Part shown: in pieces, positions 1 through 7,964 of the stretch
Layout of the letters: each line of letters opens with the position of its first letter
How positions within the stretch are numbered: position 1 is the first letter of the stretch
Assembly (NCBI GenBank): GCA_039810365.1
Contig: JBDHWX010000001.1
Location: 1-28,680, forward strand
Direction of reading: 5' to 3'
Length of the DNA: 28,680 bases
DNA from: Bdellovibrionales bacterium
GTDB lineage: Bacteria > Bdellovibrionota > Bdellovibrionia > Bdellovibrionales > JAEYZS01
Notes under the pieces: model-generated
Seen by the model: only the letters and a program-made list of their open reading frames with translations
Told to the model about the DNA's origin: nothing
The model's database searches: none
Program-made: the position numbers and the translations under genes

Positions 1-29
1 ATGAGAACCATGAAGAAGGGAGAGCCTAA
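1..29 (+). CDS. 3' end of an upstream gene (partial, ...ENHEEGRA*), probably part of the Moco operon
   Basis: Open frame 3-26 ending in TAA 27-29, which overlaps the moeA ATG (TAATG). Identity cannot be determined from 8 codons. Confidence 0.5.
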
Positions 30-1270
30 TGATTTCGTATGAAGAAAGTCAGAAGATTTTATATGAGTTTGCAAAGAAATCGAATTTTCATGAAGATGAG
101 CAAGTCCCGTTAATGACGTCTCTTGGACGAATTTTAAATGAAGATATTATTTGTCGGGAAGATAATCCACGATTTAGCAATTCAGCTATGGATGGTTATG
201 CTCTTAGATTAGATGAATTATTAAAATATGGGGATATTCAAACACGCTGGCTTCCTGTTGAAAATACAATTGCGGCTGGAGATACTCAAAAACCTGGTTG
301 TACTCAGATTGCTGTTGAAATTATGACTGGAGCCGCGATATCCGATGATCGATTTAATACAGTCATTCGTTATGAAGATGTAATTGAGAGAAGAACACCT
401 CTTGGAGTAAAAGAGATTCAATTAAAAAAAATTCCATTGTTATATGAAAATATAAGAATGGCAGGTGAGGATAGCAAGAAAGGCTCACTTTTAATTCCAA
501 AAGGAACACAGATAAACAGTCTACATATTTTAATGCTTGCCTCTCAGGGAATTGAAAAAGTTCATGTGAAGCGAAAAATTAGAATTGGAATTATTTCGAC
601 AGGAAAGGAGTTGGTTAATTTTGAGAGTCAAAATTTAGAAGTATATGAGGTTCGTAATTCGACTACGCCATATTTATTATCTGAGTTTGCGCAGGTGTTA
701 ACGGAGGTTATTTCTTTTTGTCATGTAAATGATGATACAGAATTGTTTAAAAAAGAACTTCAAGAATTAGTCAAAAAAGATGCAGATATTATTGTAAGCA
801 CAGGAGCAGTGAGCGCAGGGGTTTTTGATTTTGTGAGAGATTGTCTGGAAAGCTTAAGGGCAGAGGTACACTTTCATAAATGTGCGATTCGTCCAGGAAA
901 ACCGGTTCTTTTTGCATCTCTAAACGACGGCAAGAAAAATAGATATATCTTTGGTTTGCCAGGAAATCCTGTATCGACTGTTGTTGGTTTTACTTTTTTT
1001 ATTAAAACATTTGTAAATTACTTATTAGAAGTGCCTAATAAGAATCCTCTCATGGTTGCATTGTCTAATGATATCGAAAAACCAAAAGGTTTAACTTCTT
1101 TTTTAAAAGCAGAATTGAGTGAAGCGGAAGAGGGAAGTACAGTTAAAGTACAAAAAGGCCAAGCCTCTTTTATGTTAAGTCCGTTTCGTAGTACCAATGC
1201 TTGGGTCCGTATCCCAGAAGATAAGCAATATATGAACAAGCAAAATGTTGTTGAGGTATATAAAATATGA
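29..1270 (+). CDS. moeA: Molybdopterin molybdotransferase MoeA
   Basis: Motifs NSAMDGYA, IMTGA, STGKEL, STGAVSAG, AIRPGKP, GLPGNPVS; 413 aa. Confidence 0.96.
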   Translation: MISYEESQKILYEFAKKSNFHEDEQVPLMTSLGRILNEDIICREDNPRFSNSAMDGYALRLDELLKYGDIQTRWLPVENTIAAGDTQKPGCTQIAVEIMTGAAISDDRFNTVIRYEDVIERRTPLGVKEIQLKKIPLLYENIRMAGEDSKKGSLLIPKGTQINSLHILMLASQGIEKVHVKRKIRIGIISTGKELVNFESQNLEVYEVRNSTTPYLLSEFAQVLTEVISFCHVNDDTELFKKELQELVKKDADIIVSTGAVSAGVFDFVRDCLESLRAEVHFHKCAIRPGKPVLFASLNDGKKNRYIFGLPGNPVSTVVGFTFFIKTFVNYLLEVPNKNPLMVALSNDIEKPKGLTSFLKAELSEAEEGSTVKVQKGQASFMLSPFRSTNAWVRIPEDKQYMNKQNVVEVYKI

Positions 1271-1533
1271 AAAATATCCAATTGAAAGTTTTTGGTAGAT
1301 TTAAAAAATATATTCCCAAAGGAGAGATTTTAATACCTGTGGATAATGTTGAGACTGTTGGAGAGTTGAAACAACAGATTCATCGGTATTTAATAAAAAA
1401 TATTCCTTCGTATAATGAAGAAACTTTAGTTTTTGAATCTGCTTTGGCAACAGAAGTGGATATTTTAAACGACGACGATCAAATGATTTCCGATAATCAT
1501 TATACAATTTTACCACCAGTCTGTGGAGGGTGA
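1267..1533 (+). CDS. moaD: Molybdopterin synthase sulfur-carrier subunit (MoaD/ThiS family)
   Basis: 88 aa ending LPPVCGG (C-terminal di-Gly); ATGA overlap with moeA stop; sits before moaE. Confidence 0.92.
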   Translation: MKNIQLKVFGRFKKYIPKGEILIPVDNVETVGELKQQIHRYLIKNIPSYNEETLVFESALATEVDILNDDDQMISDNHYTILPPVCGG

Positions 1534-2022
1534 ATGAATAATGTTAAAGTTAGCATAACGAATGAAAAAATTAATGTAGACGTTTTATGTCAGTGTCAAC
1601 CTAGTCGTGAACATGGAGCTAGTAATATATTTTGTGGATACGTACGAAATAAAAATTTGGGGAGAGATGTCTGTTTAGTTGAATACGAGTGTCACGCCAA
1701 ACTTTGTTATAAAGTATTTAATGAGATTGCAACAGAAGCTCTTAAAAAATGGGAGCCATCAGCAAACATATTAATTATTCATAGAAATGGCCCTGTTTTG
1801 ATAAGCGAATTGAGCGTTGTCGTTATTGCGACGACGGCGCATCGAGATGAATCTTATAAAATTACTCGTTATATTATTGAAGAAATAAAGCAAAGAGCAC
1901 CCATTTGGAAAAAGGAATTTTATGTAGATGGTGAAACAGAATGGGTTAAAGGGCATGCTTTGTGCCAACACAGAAAGGATGATTGTCTTGAAAACAGTCA
2001 GCATCATACTAGCGGGAGGTAA
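1534..2022 (+). CDS. moaE: Molybdopterin synthase catalytic subunit MoaE
   Basis: HGASNIFCGYVR, LVEYE, IIHRNG, AHRDES, IEEIKQRAPIWKKE motifs. Confidence 0.94.
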   Translation: MNNVKVSITNEKINVDVLCQCQPSREHGASNIFCGYVRNKNLGRDVCLVEYECHAKLCYKVFNEIATEALKKWEPSANILIIHRNGPVLISELSVVVIATTAHRDESYKITRYIIEEIKQRAPIWKKEFYVDGETEWVKGHALCQHRKDDCLENSQHHTSGR

Positions 2023-2575
2023 TTCCTCTCGTATGGGAAAAAACAAAGCGCAGTTAAATTGGAATGGCAAATTACTCATAGACTCTATAGCAGAAGTATT
2101 GAGAGAGGCTCTAGGAGAGCATAAAAATATTGTCAGCGGAAATTATCCACAATTTCAATCGGTAAGAGATATGAATCTAAATCGTGGACCAATTGAGGGA
2201 TTTAGATCTGTTCTTAACAGCATTTCGCAATTTGAAAATTACAATAAAATAGTAGTCGTTCCTGTAGATATGCCCCTATTAACAAAAAGCCTTATCCAGC
2301 AATTAGTCTTGTGTGACAGTCGGTCAGATGCCATTAAATTTTTTAATTCTACATTTCCTGTCGCTTTTAACAATCCAAAGAAGATATTGCTGGCATTAAA
2401 CAGGTTAAACAGAGATCTGGAGCAAACAGGAAATTTAAAAAATTATTCTTTTTGCAATTTATATAAAAATATAAATGTAAATGAAATTCATGCAAAACAA
2501 AAAGAAAGATTAATAAACACTAATACTCCAGAGGAGTGGGCAAATGCGATTTCAAAGGCAAATCATATTAGATGA
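1979..2575 (+). CDS. mobA: Molybdenum cofactor guanylyltransferase (MobA-like NTP transferase)
   Basis: ILAGGNSSRMG..KA, GPIEG, VVPVDMP, NTNTPEEW. Start moved from GTG 1928 to ATG 1979 because the LAGG motif is normally near the N-terminus. Confidence 0.88.
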   Translation: MIVLKTVSIILAGGNSSRMGKNKAQLNWNGKLLIDSIAEVLREALGEHKNIVSGNYPQFQSVRDMNLNRGPIEGFRSVLNSISQFENYNKIVVVPVDMPLLTKSLIQQLVLCDSRSDAIKFFNSTFPVAFNNPKKILLALNRLNRDLEQTGNLKNYSFCNLYKNINVNEIHAKQKERLINTNTPEEWANAISKANHIR

Positions 2576-3578
2576 AATTGGAAATGATGGACAGGCTAAA
2601 CTCCATGAATCCAAAGTCCTTGTTGTTGGAGGTGGTGGTCTTGCGCATCCTGTTGTACAGTACCTGATGGCAATGGGAATAGGTATTGTGGGAATTATTG
2701 ATGGAGATGAGGTTTCGGAGAGCAATCTACATCGACAAGTATTATTTGATGAAGATGATATTGGTAAGAACAAGGCTCAGGTTATAGGAGAAAAGTATAG
2801 TCTTAGGAAGGAATTCGGAAAAATTCAAATATACAAGAATTATTTAGATAAAAAAATGGCCCTAGATATTTTTGAAAATTATGATGTTGTTATTGATGCG
2901 ACAGATAATTTTGAATCAAAATTTTTGATAAATGATACTTGTTGTTTATTTGATAAGCCAATGATTTATGGATCAGTTTCTCAATTTGAGGGACAAGTTG
3001 GAGTGTTTTGGAGGTCTCAGGGGCCATGTTATAGATGTTTTATTAAAGATATTCCAAAATCAAAAATTAAAAATTGTGCTGAGGCAGGTGTTGTAGGCGT
3101 TTTGCCAGGAATTATTGGTACGATGCAGGCTATGGAAACTCTTAAAGTCTTGCTGCTTGGATTAGTAAATTCTATGAAGCCACTCATTGGCAAGATTTCT
3201 ACTTTTGATTTTTTAAACAATCAATTTAATACTTTAAATCTTAAAAAAAGAAATGGGTGCTTATGTTCTAGTGTACAAATTATGGAATCAGATATTATAA
3301 ATTTTAATAAAGAAAGCTTTTGTAATTTATCCACGCAATTTCTTTTAGATGTGAGGGAAGTAAATGAATTTTCTGAATTTCAGATAGAAGGTGTAAAGCA
3401 TTGGCCACTCAGTAGGATTATTTCTAAAGAATATCCCAATATACCGCGAGAACAAAAAATTGTTGCAATTTGTATATCTGGAACTAGAGCAGAAAAAGCT
3501 GTTGTGCTATTAAGGGAAAATGGATTTCGGAACGTTACTTTTACAAGAAAGAGTATTTATGACTATAAGACTAGATAA
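2544..3578 (+). CDS. moeB: MoeB/ThiF-family adenylyltransferase with C-terminal rhodanese domain
   Basis: RFQRQIIL, VVGGGGL, DGDEVSESNLHRQ, DATDNF, GPCYRC, CAEAGV. C-terminal LLDVRE...CISGTRA rhodanese loop. Confidence 0.93.
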   Translation: MRFQRQIILDEIGNDGQAKLHESKVLVVGGGGLAHPVVQYLMAMGIGIVGIIDGDEVSESNLHRQVLFDEDDIGKNKAQVIGEKYSLRKEFGKIQIYKNYLDKKMALDIFENYDVVIDATDNFESKFLINDTCCLFDKPMIYGSVSQFEGQVGVFWRSQGPCYRCFIKDIPKSKIKNCAEAGVVGVLPGIIGTMQAMETLKVLLLGLVNSMKPLIGKISTFDFLNNQFNTLNLKKRNGCLCSSVQIMESDIINFNKESFCNLSTQFLLDVREVNEFSEFQIEGVKHWPLSRIISKEYPNIPREQKIVAICISGTRAEKAVVLLRENGFRNVTFTRKSIYDYKTR

Positions 3579-3894
3579 GAAAAACAGATTGAGATTGTCA
3601 AAAGAAGATGTGTTAACTTTAAAAAAAAATAAATCAATAATATGTCATTTTAATATAACAAAGGATATTCGTCTTACTGTAGAACTGGTGATCCAAGAAT
3701 CACTAAGTCAATCTTATTTGGTATCATCTCAAGACTCTATATGCTTTTATTTAGCAGATAAAGATTTTTTTAGAATCCAATCAGAGTCAAAATTTAATAA
3801 ACAAAATACTTTGGATGTGGATAATTACTCCATTGAGGTAGATTTTTGGAATAAAGAATATCGTAAAAGGGTAGAGACTGTGCATGGAACTTAG
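3559..3894 (+). CDS. Hypothetical protein inside the Moco operon (N-terminus resembles the 'M.IR....N.LRLRLS..EV' family I associate with DUF7009)
   Basis: ATG 3559 after GAAAGAG; MTIRLDKKNRLRLSKEDV; overlaps both neighbours. Family call is from memory only. Confidence 0.65.
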   Translation: MTIRLDKKNRLRLSKEDVLTLKKNKSIICHFNITKDIRLTVELVIQESLSQSYLVSSQDSICFYLADKDFFRIQSESKFNKQNTLDVDNYSIEVDFWNKEYRKRVETVHGT

Positions 3895-4648
3895 CCTAAT
3901 TGATTATGGTTTAGTTTGTTTTGGCTTTTTTATTGTAGCAATTGTTTATTCTTCTGTAGGACATGCCGGCGCAAGTGGCTATACTGCCGTTCTTGCTTTT
4001 GTTAATTTTTCATCGCTTTTTTTTCGTCCTGTGTCTTTAACCCTTAATATTGTTGTTGGTATAATTGCATTAATTCGTTTTCATAAGGCCAAATTAATAC
4101 CATACAAGAAGGTTCTGCCATTTGTAATAGGCTCATTTCCATTTAGTTTTTATGGAGCATGGCTTGATGTACGACGAGAAATTTTATTTTTCTTATTGGG
4201 ATGCATCTTATTTTATACGGCATTAAAATTTATAGTCTCTTTTCAAGAGAAATCAGAAAGAGATCCTGTGAACAATCGCTGTTCATTGTGGCTGGCAGTT
4301 TTGATTGGAGCGATGATTGGCTTTATGTCTGGTATAACGGGAACGGGAGGTGCAATATTTTTTACGCCACTTTTATTGCAGTTTAAGTGGGCACAACCTC
4401 GAAATGCTGCTGGAATGTCAATACTATTTGTCTTTTTAAACTCGATATCAGGTGTCGTTGGGAGCTATAAAGTTTTGCCGCAAATTTTTACCATAGAATT
4501 AATTCCATGGATTATTTTCGTTTGTATAGGATCTATGATCGGAACATTTTTAGGAATAGCAAAGTTTTCAAATACATCTTTAAAACGAATGCTCGGCCTA
4601 GTTTTAATCATTGCAAGTATTAAATTTTTTGTAATGGCATTTAAATAA
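3884..4648 (+). CDS. Sulfite exporter TauE/SafE (TSUP) family membrane protein
   Basis: About 8 hydrophobic segments with two-fold internal repeat: YSSVGHAGASGY and SGITGTGGAIFFTPLL. Confidence 0.9.
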   Translation: MELSLIDYGLVCFGFFIVAIVYSSVGHAGASGYTAVLAFVNFSSLFFRPVSLTLNIVVGIIALIRFHKAKLIPYKKVLPFVIGSFPFSFYGAWLDVRREILFFLLGCILFYTALKFIVSFQEKSERDPVNNRCSLWLAVLIGAMIGFMSGITGTGGAIFFTPLLLQFKWAQPRNAAGMSILFVFLNSISGVVGSYKVLPQIFTIELIPWIIFVCIGSMIGTFLGIAKFSNTSLKRMLGLVLIIASIKFFVMAFK

Positions 4649-4660
4649 ACTATTAAATAT

Positions 4661-4695
4661 AAAATCACATAAACTGGAAAGGTTTATGTGATTTT
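4661..4695. terminator. Bidirectional intrinsic terminator
   Basis: Perfect 14-bp inverted repeat AAAATCACATAAAC-TGGAAAG-GTTTATGTGATTTT between convergent genes. Confidence 0.8.
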
Positions 4696-4708
4696 GTAAG
4701 GTGTTTTA

Positions 4709-7120
4709 TTATGGGCAAGTATAACGTAGGTGTACGGTTGTTCCTGCTGGCGGCATAGGATTAAATGTCACAGCGTTGCCATTCACTATTGTTTGAATGG
4801 ATGTTGGTGGTTGGGGATCAAATGTTGCCGTGACATCAGGTTTTCCGTCTCCGTTAGTATCGACAGGAACACAACTGAGTTGAAACACACTTGGAGCTCT
4901 TTGAATAGCCTGTGCGATGGCTTCGACTTCCGCACGATTTGAGTCATTACAAATATTGGCGTGTACTCCACCTGTAGCTTTTACGAGCTTATCATAAATA
5001 TGAGCAACACGAACGCTTGAGCTTGCAGTACAACCTGGACCTCTGTCACCTGGAGCTTGATAAACGCCATGAACCTTAAATTGTTTTTGTGGCCATTTTT
5101 GTTGAATGCTACTAATAATGGTTTGAGGTTGGTTATAGGCTGGTGTACCTGGCAAAATATTACCTTGTCGGTCCACTAAGTTTCCATTTCCTTCATCGTT
5201 GTCAGAGATAATCACAAGATTGAATGTGGCATCGTCTCTGAGTTCAGTAAGAGTATCGGGTCTTTCGATAGATTTTAAAGTGGCATGAATAGCCTCTTGG
5301 TATCCATGCGCAGGATTTGGGCATAAGTGAGTTCCTGTTTGCACACAAATGGCCTCTGGTCTCATGATGGTGGCAAGAAGATTTCGGCTCGCATTATCCA
5401 TCATGGGAGTTATACTATATTGATAGGGAACAAGTGCCAGTCCAGATGCTGGAACAGCTCTGTAAAGTATTTTGTTTAATCGACCAGATTGGAACTCTCT
5501 GTCTCCAGTAGCATCCGATGTAATAATCATAGCCTTGTAGTCTGTTGATCCAAGTTTTGAAACAAAATTTTGGAAACGATAGGGGATCGAATCGCGCAAT
5601 AATCCAAACATTGATGATGAGTTGTTTACAACAAACATGATATCGGCTTTTCCATTATCGTCTGTAATAGGGATATCTTGATCATGAATTTTATCGTTGA
5701 TCATCCATGTGTAGTTAGCAGATCCAGTGTTATCGACGAGATCTGTTGCGACAACTTTAAAGGTATGTTGACCATTGGGTAGATTATAAGAAACCGGACT
5801 TGTGCAATCAACAAGTGCATTAGAGTCAATTTGACATTGAACAGATTTTACTCCGACTCCTGCATCAGTAACAGTAAAGGCAAAAGTTGTATCGTGATCT
5901 TTAGAGGGGTCTACTGGTTTTTGTGTAATAATAACAGTTGGGCCTTGAGTGTCGACCGTCCAGGAGAAAGATGCCTCTTGGGAATAGTTATGAGCATTAT
6001 CACGACCCTTGACCTTAAAAGTATGTCGACCATCTCGAGTTATTTGGTATTCTTTGGGAGACGGACACTGCACAAATGGCGCGCCATCCAGAGAACACTC
6101 AAAGTAATTGATAGGCTGCCCATTATCTTCTCCAACGAATTCGAAATGAGCCAGAGATTTATTCGTAGGATCATCAGGATGTTGAGTGATACGAACACTT
6201 GGAGCAACGGTGTCAATATTAAATGTGAAGTCAATTGGTTGAGATGCGTTTCCTGCATTATCATCGGCATAAAGAGATACTGTATGTTGACCATCTGCTA
6301 AAGAAGAAAATGTTTTGTGTGCTCCACATATTTGAAATGGTTTTTGATCTATTTTGCAATAGATACTCTTAACACCACTAAGATTATCAGTAACGTTAAA
6401 ATCAAAGTTAGCGGTACTGGAATTAGAAAGTGCTGGTGGAGTTGTTGCAAATGCTGCAACAGGAGGAAGATCATCTTCTGTAATGTCATCACTAATACAT
6501 GGACTTTCAACATCGGCATTTTTAAATTTCACAAAGACATGAGTGAGTTGGTTTCTATGTCCTAATGTCCAAGTTCTGCTTGCTTTAAAAGATTCCCACG
6601 AACCACCACCAGAACATTGTGGATCATTTGTTACGTACATTTGATTGGCCCCAGTTGCAGAAAGCTGAAGACCAACATTTGTTGTTTTTGTAAAAAGATC
6701 ATTGTTATTAATGGTGATAGAAAGTCCTTTAATAGGTTCTGCAACACGAAGTGAAAACTCAAAAAAGTCACTGTTTCCGCAATTATCAACGCCCGTTACA
6801 GATCCGAGCCAGTCGCCAAGTTCATGGAGAGATGTTGTAACAGTTGCTCCTTGAAACGTTAATGTTGTAGCTCCCTTTTTTAATATCCAAACAACATTTG
6901 TATCTCTTTGAAAGGCCATAGTAAAATTTTGATCTTGTTGAACGGCTGATGGAACGCTAAAGGCAGGATCTAAAGGAGTACACTCTACGCCCGGGTTACC
7001 GGCACTTTGCTCTATTTTTGAACCAAACTGAACTTGGCGATCACAGGCCGATAGAAGTAGTGCAATAGAAAAAAACGGGACCATGGTCTTGACAGCGGAG
7101 TTAAATAAAATATGTCGCAT
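4709..7120 (-). CDS. Large lipoprotein: N-terminal beta domains, three Ig-like repeats, C-terminal VWA-like domain (putative adhesin)
   Basis: ATG 7120 with GAGGAG RBS 7 nt upstream; lipobox LLLSA-C; repeats DDLPP../DTVAP../DTQGP.. each with C-x-(I/L)D...C; DIMFVVNNSSSM and LVIISDNDE VWA motifs. Confidence 0.8.
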   Translation of the reverse strand: MRHILFNSAVKTMVPFFSIALLLSACDRQVQFGSKIEQSAGNPGVECTPLDPAFSVPSAVQQDQNFTMAFQRDTNVVWILKKGATTLTFQGATVTTSLHELGDWLGSVTGVDNCGNSDFFEFSLRVAEPIKGLSITINNNDLFTKTTNVGLQLSATGANQMYVTNDPQCSGGGSWESFKASRTWTLGHRNQLTHVFVKFKNADVESPCISDDITEDDLPPVAAFATTPPALSNSSTANFDFNVTDNLSGVKSIYCKIDQKPFQICGAHKTFSSLADGQHTVSLYADDNAGNASQPIDFTFNIDTVAPSVRITQHPDDPTNKSLAHFEFVGEDNGQPINYFECSLDGAPFVQCPSPKEYQITRDGRHTFKVKGRDNAHNYSQEASFSWTVDTQGPTVIITQKPVDPSKDHDTTFAFTVTDAGVGVKSVQCQIDSNALVDCTSPVSYNLPNGQHTFKVVATDLVDNTGSANYTWMINDKIHDQDIPITDDNGKADIMFVVNNSSSMFGLLRDSIPYRFQNFVSKLGSTDYKAMIITSDATGDREFQSGRLNKILYRAVPASGLALVPYQYSITPMMDNASRNLLATIMRPEAICVQTGTHLCPNPAHGYQEAIHATLKSIERPDTLTELRDDATFNLVIISDNDEGNGNLVDRQGNILPGTPAYNQPQTIISSIQQKWPQKQFKVHGVYQAPGDRGPGCTASSSVRVAHIYDKLVKATGGVHANICNDSNRAEVEAIAQAIQRAPSVFQLSCVPVDTNGDGKPDVTATFDPQPPTSIQTIVNGNAVTFNPMPPAGTTVHLRYTCP

Positions 7121-7146
7121 AGGAGTTCTCCTCTGCAACTATATAA

Positions 7147-7163
7147 AGCACCTCTTGTGCCAA
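7147..7163 (-). promoter_or_regulatory. Sigma-54 (-24/-12) promoter for the Ig/VWA lipoprotein
   Basis: Minus strand TTGGCACAAGAGGTGCT = GG-N10-GC with TGGCAC core, about 28 nt upstream of the ATG. Confidence 0.7.
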
Positions 7164-7534
7164 GCCTTTAAGCCAAAAAGTTAATTAAATTTAAAAAAAG
7201 TGATTAAAGATTTGATATTGTCTAAACCTTAGTAGGTTTTTCGTTAAAAAAAGAGAGATAAAAAATCATAAACACTACTATTTTAGAAAAAATTCCTAGA
7301 CCTTTGACCAAGTATTTTCTTATTTTTTATTAAAAAGTGTAAGAAAATTAAACAATATTTTTTCTTACAAAGTTTAATTTTTTAAAAAAATGTTGAAATA
7401 TTAGGCGGCAGTTGTCCTTTTAAGCTAGTAAAGAATGAATCTATCAAAAATAAAACAAGACCAAGGTCTGTCAAATATGCTCTCGAGAGAGAAAAGATTT
7501 ATAAAATAAATTGATATTGCTAGACTCGTTATAG

Positions 7535-7960
7535 ATGAAAAAGACTATTATTTTACCACTGTTCTTTTTTTTAACTTCTTGTGTTCATGAGACAATCAAT
7601 AAAAATACGCCTCCGCCATTAAAAGCAACTAAGATTCAATATCCGTGTGAAACCTTTTATAGATCTTCAACACTCGTTACGGGTGAATACTCCCGAAAGA
7701 TGGTTCTAAGCTACAAAGTGCAGGTGAAAAATAAAAAAGGTTTCTTAGATTGTGAAAAACTTGTCAAAGAAGATTTGAATAAGGTGTGTGAGACTGGCCA
7801 GTATTCAGGAATTGATTTGCAATTTGTGCCGTTAAATATGAAAAATGTAATGGCCTATAAAAATGGTTCATGTCAGGCACAAGCAGATAAAAGAGACTCT
7901 TCTGGTAAGCTTATGTTTGTTTCAGAAAATAAAATGAGACTGCGTAAACAAATTAACTGA
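7535..7960 (+). CDS. Hypothetical lipoprotein
   Basis: MKKTIILPLFFFLTS-C lipoprotein signal; 4 further Cys; no family recognised. Confidence 0.75.
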   Translation: MKKTIILPLFFFLTSCVHETINKNTPPPLKATKIQYPCETFYRSSTLVTGEYSRKMVLSYKVQVKNKKGFLDCEKLVKEDLNKVCETGQYSGIDLQFVPLNMKNVMAYKNGSCQAQADKRDSSGKLMFVSENKMRLRKQIN

Positions 7961-7964
7961 GTAG

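Noticed and set aside
3621-3629. A9 tract (and other A/T homopolymers) as phase-variation sites
   Set aside because: Expected at this AT content; reading frames are intact.
5831-6301. 156-aa plus-strand ORF
   Set aside because: Antisense shadow of the Ig repeats; no RBS or motif.
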